Virus record (IMG/VR): IMGVR_UViG_3300037761_000196
Span: 1-29,797 of that record
Strand: one strand, 5' to 3'
Length of the DNA stretch: 29,797 bases
Source of the DNA: a virus
Taxonomy: Duplodnaviria > Caudoviricetes
The first letter of the stretch is position 1. The number at the start of each line of letters is the position of its first letter. Both the position numbers and the translations under genes were made by a program. Positions 7,616 through 16,300 of this stretch are shown piece by piece. Under the pieces are notes generated by a model. It saw only the letters and a list, made by a program, of their open reading frames with translations. It was not told where the DNA came from and did no database searches.

Positions 7616-8167
7616 TCAGCTGGAGGGCAGCAGCTCCCTAGCGGCCCGGCCTGGGGGCTCGTCGTTGACGCCGGTGAGATAGGTAGTGCCGGTTCCGTCG
7701 GCGCGCTGCCGGATCGCGGCGAGGACCCGCTTGCGGGTACGCGGGTCCGTCTCGGACAGCTCTTCTGGCGTCATCCACCGGAACGATCTGATCTCGCCGC
7801 TGGCCGGCAGTGCCAGGTTCGGCTCGTGCAGCAGCTGGCCCCCGTCGAAAACCAGGTTGACACCGGCAACCGCATGGGCCGTTGCCGGGACGTGGTGCAC
7901 GACCAGGAGGCGGCGGGCGCTGATGATCAGCCCTGTCTCCTCCCGCACCTCCCGACACGCCGCGGCACGAGGCTCCTCGGCTACCGGGTGGTGCGGGACG
8001 TCCGGAGCGGGGACCGCCTGGGCACAGCCGCCGGGCAGACCCCACCGGCCAGACCCGACCCTGTATGCCTTCTCGACCATCAGGGCGCGGCCGTGATGGT
8101 CGGTGATCAGGGCGAGGCAGCCCAGCCTCAACGGGATGCCCTGTCGGAACTCGGTCTCGTCGTGCAT
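7616..8167 (-). CDS. NUDIX hydrolase
   Basis: WGLPGG...EEPRAAACREVREETGL Nudix box, upstream LITDHHGRALMV strand, downstream GEIRSFRWM. SD GGAGAGG. Confidence 0.9.
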   Translation of the reverse strand: MHDETEFRQGIPLRLGCLALITDHHGRALMVEKAYRVGSGRWGLPGGCAQAVPAPDVPHHPVAEEPRAAACREVREETGLIISARRLLVVHHVPATAHAVAGVNLVFDGGQLLHEPNLALPASGEIRSFRWMTPEELSETDPRTRKRVLAAIRQRADGTGTTYLTGVNDEPPGRAARELLPSS

Positions 8168-8195
8168 CGTGTCCTCTCCGTTCAGTGGTCGGCCG

Positions 8196-8393
8196 CTACA
8201 GGCCCTGGAAGCGGCGCTGAAGCGACGCCGGGATCTCGATCCCCTCTTCCTGCATACGGCGGAGTTCTTCGTGGTCGGGGTGGCCGGCGAGGTGCCGGTC
8301 GCTCAGCGCGCGCTGCTGGCGCTGCGGGTCCCCGCCGGCCCGGTCCCGGGCGATCTTGGCCTCCGCCGCGCGACGGGTTGATTTCTTGGACAC
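8196..8393 (-). CDS. Hypothetical basic protein (65 aa, MSKKSTRRAAEAKIARDR...)
   Basis: SD AGAAAGG before the GTG at 8393. Confidence 0.65.
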   Translation of the reverse strand: MSKKSTRRAAEAKIARDRAGGDPQRQQRALSDRHLAGHPDHEELRRMQEEGIEIPASLQRRFQGL

Positions 8394-8466
8394 GTGTGGC
8401 CTTTCTGCTGGTGATGGGCGTGGCCCGGCGCGCCTGCGGCTGCCGCGGGAGCGGGGGCGATGTGTA

Positions 8467-8549
8467 CTCCCTGCCCGGGGGTCAGTGGCCGCCCCGGGCA
8501 GGGAGAGCAAGGGCCCGGTCCGGCAGTACCGCCGCACAGCCGGACCGGG
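8467..8549 (-). terminator. Two tandem stem-loops
   Basis: 14-bp stem 8467-8480/8492-8505 and 11-bp stem 8514-8524/8539-8549. Confidence 0.55.
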
Positions 8550-8552
8550 AGA

Positions 8553-8669
8553 TCAGGCGCCGGCGCAGCGCGCCAGGCTGTACAGCAGGGCGGTGATGAT
8601 GACCGCGCAGCCGAGTCCGGCCAGCCCGCCGCCGAGGGGATCACGGCGCCGACGGTGGTGGCTGGTCAC
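8553..8669 (-). CDS. 38-aa membrane/signal-peptide-like micro-protein MTSHHRRRRDPLGGGLAGLGCAVIITALLYSLARCAGA
   Basis: GTGA overlap at 8666-8669. Basic N-region followed by a hydrophobic core. Below the ORF-track length cutoff. Confidence 0.6.
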   Translation of the reverse strand: MTSHHRRRRDPLGGGLAGLGCAVIITALLYSLARCAGA

Positions 8670-8887
8670 TGGGTGGTCCAGCCGCCCAGCTCCGGCGGAA
8701 GCGGCACCGCGACCGGGTCGAGGAGGTGAGACAGCTGCGCGTACAGCAGCTCCGCCTCGCCCGGGTCCAGGGCAAGCGCGCCTTGCTCCTGCGTGCCGCC
8801 GGGGGCGGTCAGTGTCAGCGGCAGCAGGAGCCGGCCGTCCTGGTGCCGGACCAGGCCGCCGGCGCGGGAGATGTCCCAGCGGCTCAC
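8666..8887 (-). CDS. Hypothetical protein (73 aa, MSRWDISRAGGLVRHQDGRLLLPLTL...)
   Basis: GTGA overlap at 8884-8887 with GGAG upstream. Confidence 0.7.
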   Translation of the reverse strand: MSRWDISRAGGLVRHQDGRLLLPLTLTAPGGTQEQGALALDPGEAELLYAQLSHLLDPVAVPLPPELGGWTTQ

Positions 8888-9081
8888 TGGGGGGTCTCCG
8901 GGGCGGGCGTCGGGCAGATGTGGGCGCGGCCTCGCTCGTAGCCGCGCTGGCAGCCCGGACACGTCACGGTCGGCTGCACGGGGGCGCTCAGCAGGAGTTC
9001 GAGGTGGTCCTCGTCGTGACCCTCGCCCACGGAGGCATCGGCGAGGGCGGCCCGGCGGGCGCGCTGTAGATGGGTGCGCAT
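8884..9081 (-). CDS. Hypothetical protein with CxxC...HxC motif (65 aa)
   Basis: SD GGAG. TCPGCQRGYERGRAHIC is a possible zinc site. Confidence 0.6.
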   Translation of the reverse strand: MRTHLQRARRAALADASVGEGHDEDHLELLLSAPVQPTVTCPGCQRGYERGRAHICPTPAPETPQ

Positions 9082-9135
9082 GATCAGCTCCAGTGACGTA
9101 TCAATCGCTGACGGTCACTAGCCTGCCTGAGCAAA

Positions 9136-9174
9136 AGCCCTCCGACTTTCACAGAAAAGGAAAGTCGGAGGGCT
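9136..9174 (-). promoter_or_regulatory. Perfect 15-bp inverted repeat (terminator and/or operator)
   Basis: AGCCCTCCGACTTTC-N9-GAAAGTCGGAGGGCT, followed by a short T run on the minus strand. Lies between the XRE regulator and the micro-ORF operon. Confidence 0.7.
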
Positions 9175-9195
9175 GGCCGCCAGCACGCGGGCGCG

Positions 9196-10416
9196 CTACA
9201 CCCCGACCCACCGCGCGAAGGAATGAAGCTCCGGCGGCGGTGTACGCCAGCACCGCAGCAGCGACAGCGTCGTCTCCCTCGTAGTCGGGTGATACCGCGT
9301 CTGAGCAGGCGCAGCAGCCCGTGCGTCCATCAGCGCGCCCAGCGAATCGTCCCGCCGGCCACCCTTCTCATAAGCGCGCGCCATATCCATGTGATGGTGC
9401 CCAGCCCGGTTCAGCGCCCACCCCGAGGGCAGCTGCAGCTGCTCGCCGTGCTCGGCCGCACCTCCGATATCGCCGAGATCCAGACGAGTTGACGTCGCGT
9501 GGATCTCGACATTTGTCTGGTCGAAGATCAGACCGTAGGGGTCGGGGGCGTCAGCTGTGTGCGTCGCGACCTGCCGTGCCTCCTGGATCCGCGCGTCAAC
9601 GTCCGCCGTGGACGACGCCTTGCGCTGCCTTGAATGGAGAACCGCGGCCTTCAGGTGCATCGTCCCCATCGCGGACAGCGCTCGCATGTCACCCCGCCGC
9701 ACCGGGTCGGCCAGGAACCGCTCCATTGCGCCGACATCCCTGAGGCCGACGTCGTAGGCGCCGTGATGCAGGAAGTAGTTCGATCGGTAGTGGCAGACCA
9801 CGACGGGAAGGTATGGGTCATTCCCACGGGCAGCTGCCTGCTCCATGCGGTCCAGGGCCAGCAGCGCCAGGTCGAGGAAGCCGAGCTTGTGGGCGAAGTT
9901 GTTGGACAGCCGATATGCCATGGCGAGGGTGTCGTATGCCTGCTCCCGGCCCGATCCCGGTGGCGCGGTGTCGGCGAGGTGCAGCAGCTCATCGATGAGG
10001 GCGGGTACCTCCGTGCCGATGGCCATGTACTCACCGCGCAGCCTGCTCTCATCGAGCACTTCAATGTTGCGCCGCACGTCGGCGAGAGGCCGCGCCGCCA
10101 GGTCGACGGCCGGCAGCATGGGGTTAGCGACGGCGTGGCGCAGCGGCTGCACCAGCTCTTCCAGCTGGTCCTGCTTGAGCGCGTCGAAGTAGGGCTGTCC
10201 CGTCAGGTCGGTGATGGGCACGCGCAGGGCCTGGGCGCACGCTGCGGCGACCGTAGGCGACACCGCTCGGTGTCCGGTCTCGATCTTCGTCAGGGTGCTG
10301 TAGGAGACATGGGCGAGCTGCGCCAGGCCGTGCTGGCTGTACCCGCGCTGGTGGCGGATGGACTGAATGCGGCGACCGATAGAGACGTCATACCGCTGGT
10401 CGGTGTCATCGGGCAT
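9196..10416 (-). CDS. XRE-family HTH transcriptional regulator with long alpha-helical (TPR-like) C-terminal domain
   Basis: IGRRIQSIRHQRGYSQHGLAQLAHVSYSTLTKIETG HTH. The C-terminus RAGHHHMDMARAY...LMDARAAAPAQTRYHP is typical of ~400-aa actinobacterial XRE regulators. Confidence 0.9.
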   Translation of the reverse strand: MPDDTDQRYDVSIGRRIQSIRHQRGYSQHGLAQLAHVSYSTLTKIETGHRAVSPTVAAACAQALRVPITDLTGQPYFDALKQDQLEELVQPLRHAVANPMLPAVDLAARPLADVRRNIEVLDESRLRGEYMAIGTEVPALIDELLHLADTAPPGSGREQAYDTLAMAYRLSNNFAHKLGFLDLALLALDRMEQAAARGNDPYLPVVVCHYRSNYFLHHGAYDVGLRDVGAMERFLADPVRRGDMRALSAMGTMHLKAAVLHSRQRKASSTADVDARIQEARQVATHTADAPDPYGLIFDQTNVEIHATSTRLDLGDIGGAAEHGEQLQLPSGWALNRAGHHHMDMARAYEKGGRRDDSLGALMDARAAAPAQTRYHPTTRETTLSLLRCWRTPPPELHSFARWVGV

Positions 10417-10562
10417 ACTGAACTCCGTTCCGAACTAGGCATTTGGAACGGTACCCCCGCTCTCCGCCGCGGGAACACCAGATGGCCCCACCTCCGAGCG
10501 GAGGTGGGGCCGCTGTGCTGCTCAGCTGCGAGTGCCCCTTCCGCCCTGCGATCCTGTCCGGC

Positions 10563-10829
10563 ATGAACGAGACGCTGCTCGCGAGGGTCGAGCATTCGAC
10601 GGACTGGCACGCCTTCATCACGGACCCGCGCCGGGGTGAGCTGGGCTACTGCCTGGAGCACGGCGGCGACGAGCTGGACGAGCACGACCAGCCGATCGGC
10701 GACCCCTGGTCCCCGACGACCGCCACGGCGGTACTCGCCCGGGCCGGCTGGCAGGTGGTCGGTACCTGGCGCGACTCCCCGCCCGACGCCGACCACCAGT
10801 ACGAGGCCGACGTCCGCCCCGCCACCTGA
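10563..10829 (+). CDS. Hypothetical protein (88 aa, MNETLLARVEHSTDWHAFITDP...)
   Basis: ATG at 10563, globular composition, ends just before a strong terminator. Divergent from the XRE gene. Confidence 0.7.
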   Translation: MNETLLARVEHSTDWHAFITDPRRGELGYCLEHGGDELDEHDQPIGDPWSPTTATAVLARAGWQVVGTWRDSPPDADHQYEADVRPAT

Positions 10830-10840
10830 CCCCGGACGCG

Positions 10841-10888
10841 CAAAGAAGGCCCCCCGCCCGGCCGAAGCCGAGCGGGGGGCCTTCTTTG
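10841..10888. terminator. Bidirectional intrinsic terminator ending the late operon
   Basis: CAAAGAAGGCCCCCCGC...GCGGGGGGCCTTCTTTG long stem between convergent genes. Confidence 0.85.
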
Positions 10889-10903
10889 TGGGCGGGCGCC
10901 CGG

Positions 10904-11161
10904 TCAGCTGCCGAGGGCCTGCGCGAGCCAGCCGGCCGCGCCACCGAAGGCCGCAGCAACACCCGACGCGGTCCACACCCGGCGCTCCAAGGCGGCAGTG
11001 CGGACCTCCAGATCCCGCACATCCCGCTCCGTCCGATCCGACCGCTCGACCAGGACAGCGCACGAGGTCTTGATCTCCCCGAGGTCCCGGCCCGCCGCCT
11101 GCAGATCAGTGCGCAGCTCTCCCAGCACAACGGCAACCGCAGAGGTCTCAGGCGGCGTCAC
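10904..11161 (-). CDS. Lysis-cassette membrane protein (coiled coil + C-terminal TM, XhlA-like)
   Basis: Heptad-rich LGELRTDL...RTAALERR followed by hydrophobic VWTASGVAAAFGGAAGWLA. GTGA-coupled to the holin. Confidence 0.7.
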   Translation of the reverse strand: MTPPETSAVAVVLGELRTDLQAAGRDLGEIKTSCAVLVERSDRTERDVRDLEVRTAALERRVWTASGVAAAFGGAAGWLAQALGS

Positions 11162-11550
11162 CAGGGCGCCCTGACCGGCCCACCGCCACCGCCACTCCCG
11201 CCACCGTCCTCCTCGCGGCGCACCAACTCACGGATCCCCCGCGCCAGATCCGCATCCGCCCCGGCCAGGTTCACCACCACATGGGTACCGTCCTCCATCC
11301 GCCGCGCCGCCAGACCGGCGCGCAGCTGCCCGTCCGCCTCGGCCGTACCCAGCCCCAGACGATCCAGCAGCTCCTGCACTCGCGGCAGCGCCATGATCCT
11401 GGTGACCGCCGCGGCGACCGCCAGACCGCCCGCGACCCACGGCAGCGTCTGCGGCACACCGGACGCCTCCACGATCCCGGGCAGCATCACCGCCGTCATC
11501 ACGACGGCCTGAAAAATCGTGCGGACAGTGGTCTTCGTTGAATGCTTCAT
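11158..11550 (-). CDS. Holin
   Basis: RTIFQAVVMTAVMLPGIVEASGVPQTLPWVAGGLAVAAAVTRIMALP gives two TM segments. Directly after the endolysin. Confidence 0.8.
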   Translation of the reverse strand: MKHSTKTTVRTIFQAVVMTAVMLPGIVEASGVPQTLPWVAGGLAVAAAVTRIMALPRVQELLDRLGLGTAEADGQLRAGLAARRMEDGTHVVVNLAGADADLARGIRELVRREEDGGGSGGGGGPVRAPW

Positions 11551-11559
11551 GGCCGACTC

Positions 11560-12501
11560 CTACTGCGGGTTGGGGATGGTGAGGACGTCCCCCGGGTGGA
11601 TGGTCCAGGGGCTCGTGATCCCGTTGGCGGAGGCGAGCTGCTGCCACGAAACGCCGGCGTACCGCGCGGCGATCCCGGACAGCGTGTCCCCCGTCCGCAC
11701 CGTGTACGTCCGAGCACCCGGGATGACCAGCCGGTCCCCCGGATAGATCGTGTACGGCGGCCCCAGCCGGTTCGCCGCCGCGATGTCCTGCCAGGACACC
11801 CCCGGATACCGCTGCGCGATCCCCGACAGCGTCTCCCCCGCCCGCACCGTGTGCGCCCCGGCACCACCGGCGCCAGCGCCGGGCTTCCCCGCCAGCAACT
11901 CCCCCACCCGGCCCCGCAGATCCCGCATCATCACCGCCGCCGGCATACCCGGCCCGCGCGGGTCGACCTTGCCGGGCTGCCACTCGGCATGCCCGATCAC
12001 GCTGAACTGGTTCCAGCCGTGCGCCCGGCAGATCGCCGCCGCCGCCCGGGCGATGCAGTCCAGCTGCGCACCGGGCCAGGGGTCCCTCGTGTCCCCCCAG
12101 TTCAGCCCGGCGATCGCGTAGAACCGCGCATTGCCGTCCGTGGTGGCCTCGTTGGGCGCCGGCAGAGTGGACGCCTCGCGGATCACCGCACGCAGGACGT
12201 CGGGGTCGCCCCGGCCGGCGTGGTTCGCACGGCCATGCCCCACCAGGTGCAGCCGCCCCCGCTTGTCCGCCACACTCTGATACAGCGGTCCGGGCAGGGA
12301 GGACGTGCCGCGGCGCACCAGGTCCAGCGCTGAGGCTCCGTCGCTGGTCACGGTGTGATGCAGTATCACCCCGTTCACCGGCCCCCACCCCGTGCCGCGG
12401 TCACCCCTGTTGTGGGTACGCCACCCCCCGACCTCAACGACGCTGACGCCCTCCGCACGCAGCACGGCGAGCAGCTTGTCCGCTGTGAGTGGTGTGGCCA
12501 T
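11560..12501 (-). CDS. Endolysin: N-acetylmuramoyl-L-alanine amidase + two LysM domains
   Basis: GVILHHTV, GRANHAG, VIGHAEWQPGKVDP (Amidase_2 type). HTVRAGETLSGIAQRY and YTVRTGDTLSGIAARY are LysM repeats. Start at the TGATG overlap at 12501. Confidence 0.93.
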   Translation of the reverse strand: MATPLTADKLLAVLRAEGVSVVEVGGWRTHNRGDRGTGWGPVNGVILHHTVTSDGASALDLVRRGTSSLPGPLYQSVADKRGRLHLVGHGRANHAGRGDPDVLRAVIREASTLPAPNEATTDGNARFYAIAGLNWGDTRDPWPGAQLDCIARAAAAICRAHGWNQFSVIGHAEWQPGKVDPRGPGMPAAVMMRDLRGRVGELLAGKPGAGAGGAGAHTVRAGETLSGIAQRYPGVSWQDIAAANRLGPPYTIYPGDRLVIPGARTYTVRTGDTLSGIAARYAGVSWQQLASANGITSPWTIHPGDVLTIPNPQ

Positions 12502-12755
12502 CAGTCTGTCCCCCCGCCCGCGGTGGTGTGCGCGGCGTGGTAGGCATCCACTGCGCAGCGGACCGCCGCATCCTTGCCTTCCAGCAACTTCCGCAGGCAC
12601 ACGGTGCGCTCCGGGGTGCGGGGCAGACCGGCGACGACCTGGTGGGCGAGGTCACCGAAAGGGCGGGACACCGCCGCCAGGTGAGGCGGGAGGTGGGCGC
12701 TGGCGAAGTAGTGCAGCAGCGGTTCGTCGGCCGCGGGGGTGGGTGGGGTGGGCAT
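12501..12755 (-). CDS. Small helical-hairpin phage protein, possibly Acb2/Tad1-like (84 aa)
   Basis: SD GGAGG. LLHYFASAHLPPHLAAVSRPFGDLAHQVVAGLPRTPERTVCLRKLLEGKDAAVRCAV. The gene call is firm; the function is inferred. Confidence 0.7.
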   Translation of the reverse strand: MPTPPTPAADEPLLHYFASAHLPPHLAAVSRPFGDLAHQVVAGLPRTPERTVCLRKLLEGKDAAVRCAVDAYHAAHTTAGGGTD

Positions 12756-12778
12756 CAGTGCCTCCAGGGCATGAGGAA

Positions 12779-12802
12779 GCCCCGCACCAGGTGGTACGGG
12801 GC
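12779..12802 (-). terminator. Stem-loop between tail and lysis modules
   Basis: Minus strand GCCCCGTACC-ACCT-GGTGCGGGGC followed by TTCCT. Confidence 0.45.
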
Positions 12803-12817
12803 GGGGCGGGGCGGGGG

Positions 12818-13333
12818 TTAGCCGATGCGGCGGTAGAGGGCTTTGGAGAAGGCGCGGAACTCGGCGTTGGACGCTTCGGCGGTGTCCTGCGCGAACTGGC
12901 ATGTGATGTCACCACCGACGCCGCCGGTGATGAAAGCGATTTCCTCGATGTACACGACCGATGTGGTGGCTCCCAGGCCGCCGACGGTCGATTCCGTGGC
13001 GGCTCCGGCGGGCGGGAACATGGTGACGGTGGTGACATCGTTGACGGCGCCGGACGCGCTCGCGCCGGGCCCGTTGACGAAACGTTGCGCGGTGGTCCCG
13101 GACGGCACGTCCCAGGCGATGATCACGTCCGCCGATGTCGCGGCGCGCAGCGCGGCGTACAGCGATACGTGGTAGATCGCGTCGGCGTCGGCGGGGATGA
13201 TGATGTTGGTGGCCTGTAGCGTCCCCTCGTCGTTGATGAGCTGGTTCACGCCCTGGTCCACCAGGTGGACGTTTCTGTCGTTCAGCCGGCCAGCGGTCAT
13301 CAGCATTCCGGCCTCCCACTCGGGAAACGGCAC
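12818..13333 (-). CDS. Minor tail / putative receptor-binding protein (171 aa)
   Basis: The N-terminus MPFPEWEAGMLMTAGRLN resembles actinophage tail-fibre anchors; the remainder is beta-rich. SD AAGGAG. Confidence 0.7.
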   Translation of the reverse strand: MPFPEWEAGMLMTAGRLNDRNVHLVDQGVNQLINDEGTLQATNIIIPADADAIYHVSLYAALRAATSADVIIAWDVPSGTTAQRFVNGPGASASGAVNDVTTVTMFPPAGAATESTVGGLGATTSVVYIEEIAFITGGVGGDITCQFAQDTAEASNAEFRAFSKALYRRIG

Positions 13334-13347
13334 AGGGCTCTCCTTCG

Positions 13348-13373
13348 GTCAGAGCGGGACGTCAGAGCGGGAC
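13348..13373. repeat. 13-bp tandem duplication spanning the stop of the large tail gene
   Basis: GTCAGAGCGGGAC at 13348-13360 and 13361-13373. Confidence 0.9.
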
Positions 13374-16300
13374 GATGGGGGGCACGGCCAGGCGCACGTC
13401 GTCGCCTGCGTCCCAGCCCCGGCTGATGGTGTTGACGGCCCGCTGGGCGGTGACGCGCTGCGGGGTGCGCACCTGGTAGTTGTCGAAGCGCTGCGCGGGG
13501 GTGACGTTGGTGTTGGTGGTCAGGGCGACACCGATCAGGCCGATATCGCCTGTGTCGATGGTGTCGCTGTCGACGGTGCGGTCGATATGCCAGATCGCCG
13601 GCTCGGCGGTGCCGGTCGGCCATGCCCTGGCCCTGATCCTGTGGCCGTCGATGCGCGCCCGGATCTCGAACTGGTCATCGGGTGCATAGGGCCACGGGAG
13701 CTGTACCTGAGCACCGATCAGCGCGGTGGATCGCAGGACTGACAAGAAGGTCGTGCCTGACGGGGTGAAGTGCATGCGGAGTCGGTAGAAATCGCTGGGA
13801 CCGTCGGACCGGAACACCACACATGGTGTGAGGGAGCCTCCCGTGGCCGTCTGATCGACCGACACCCTGACACGGATCTCGCAGTCCGTGATGGTCTCGC
13901 CCAGCGTCTGGATCCGGGACTCGTCCGGATCGGCCTGCAGGGTGATGACGCCGGAGGTGCCGTCCACCGATCGGTCGGAGGCGGCCCCGCCGGTCTCTGT
14001 CCAGGTGTGGCCGGAGTCCGCGTCACCCCAGGTGTCGGTCTCGGCGCGTGCGAACTGGTCCCAGGCCAGGTCCTCGACCGCGGTGACGGTGACGGTCTCG
14101 CCGCCGGTGCCGCCGTCCGGCGTGAGCCGCACCTGAAGCGGCAGGTCACCGCTGTCGGTAGGGGCGATGCCGCCGGAAGCGACCCACCGCCCGCCGGGGG
14201 TATGGACCAGCAGCTCGGTGCCGGTAGCGGTGACGTCGGCGGCCAGGACGGAGCCGTCAGTATCCGCACGCTGCGGCGGGTCTCCGGTCTGGCCGGCGAG
14301 GGTGAACTGCAGGTCATCGACCCAAGCGGCGTCATCGCCCTCGGAGACGCTGCTGTCTTTGGTGTAGCGGCACGTGACCGTCGACGCGGTGTCGACCGGG
14401 ACAGTCAGGCGGGCCCAGCCCACCTCGCCGGAGACGGCCAGGACCTCTTCGGCGTCCACCAGGATCCGGAGGAAGTCGAAGCCCTGTTCGCTGCTGACCT
14501 TGTACCAGACGCTGAGGTCCACCGCGTCGGCCGGGACGGTGACCACCGCATCGGACGTCTGGTCGTCGGTGATCGCTCCGGACCCGAGCGACCATGTGCC
14601 GGTGTGCGCCTCGGTCTCAGTGCGGGCCCACGCGGCGTCGCCGGCGTCGGTGATGGTGACGGCCAGGTCGGCGTCCTCGAAATCCTCGCGGACCTGGCCG
14701 GCGCTCTGGGCGACGGTCCACGGGGAGGCCGGGGCACCGTTGAACGTGATGGTCCACCGGTACGCGCCGAGGGTCTCGGTGTAGCCGAGGACCATGATGT
14801 CGATGGGGCCGGGCGGCAGATCGTCGGGCGGGTGGGTGATGCGGATGATGTCGCCCTCGCCGACCTGCAGGATCTGGTCGATGAGTGGCCGGACCCGCTC
14901 ATTGGCCAGGTCGAGGGTGAGCTTCGTCCATCGCAGCTCGTCCGCGGTGCCCAGATGCAGACGCCATCCGGCCTGCCCGGGCAGCTGCTCGTCCTCGGCA
15001 ACGATCGTGTCCGCGACCGCCCCGTAGTCCCCGGCGCCGTCCGGGTGGGGCCGCACGGACAGCGGGCCCTCGGTCAGCTCCCGGACGACCTCGGACCCGC
15101 CGCGGCGGCGGGCGATGACACGGTTGACCACAGGCTTGTCGTCGTCGGTCGGCTCGACCGGATCCGACACCAGCCCGGAGGACCAGTCGATGATCAGCGC
15201 GGGGGTCTGGTTGTAGAGGGTTTCCCGCGCCCGGTAGACCAGCCGCAGCCCGGCGCGGTCCTCCGTCAGGAGGCCCATCTCCGTCTGCTGGACCTGGCGG
15301 GCCAGGCCCAGGGCGGTGCCGGGCGGGTAGGGCCCCAGGCGCTCCAGGGCCGGGCCGGTGATGGTCAGCGGCATGCCCTCGGACGCGGCGAGGCGGTCCA
15401 GGAAGTCGCGGGCGGGCTGCCCGGGCATGCCGGCGGCGGGTGCGTTGCTGCCCAGCTCCGGCAGGGTCGGCGCGTGGGAGTACCCGGTGGTGAAGCGGGT
15501 GCCCCAGACGCCGAGGTGCCCCAGGTGCATACGGGTGACACCGGCCCCGATGGCCGTGTTGATCTGGTACGGACTGCCGACACTGGATCCGGCGAGGGTG
15601 CCGCCGGATCCCCACGTGCTGGCGTCCAGGTCCAGCCAGTCGACCCGCCAGGCCACATCGGCGCCGACCTGCTCGGCCACGATACGCAGCACCCTCCACG
15701 CATCGAGCAGTCCCGGGCCGCCCGCGGCGAGCGCGCCGTCATGCGTCGCCACGGCGGTATCCAGCTCGGTACTGTCCGCGTCGTAAAGCGTCAGCCGCAG
15801 GCCGCGATTGCCGCCCGACACGATCCCGGCGGTCACCACCCAGATCAGGGCCGCGCTGCCGGCGGTCGTGAACCGCAGGATCCGGTGCTCACCCGCGGCC
15901 GGGAAATCAGTCTCGGCGAAGCGGAACATGAGTGACACGTTCCACGAGGTAAGGCCCTCGGATGCCACGGGAGCGCTGATGATGCGGGCGCCGGGGCCGA
16001 CGGCGGGCAGCGCATCGGAGCCGGGCAGGGTCGCGTCCATGTGGTCGTAGTCCAGGTCGGCCCGGGTCAGCCGCTGCCCATACGGCACGCCGGACCCCAG
16101 GCGCGCATCAGGCTCCAGCGGCCAGTAGCCGAGCGGGAACAGGGACGGGATCTGACGGCGCATCACGCTCTTCACCGGGCGCTGGCCTTTGCCGAGGCGC
16201 CGCAGCACGCCGGCCGGAGCGATCGGCGACCAGCGGTCCTTGCCCAGCGAGCGGCGCGGCGGCCACGCAGGGACCTCACCGGCCAGGCGCACCACGCCGG

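Noticed and set aside
11560-11855. DNA direct repeat that might suggest a DGR template/variable pair or an array
   Set aside because: Explained by the two LysM domains. There is no reverse transcriptase in the window.
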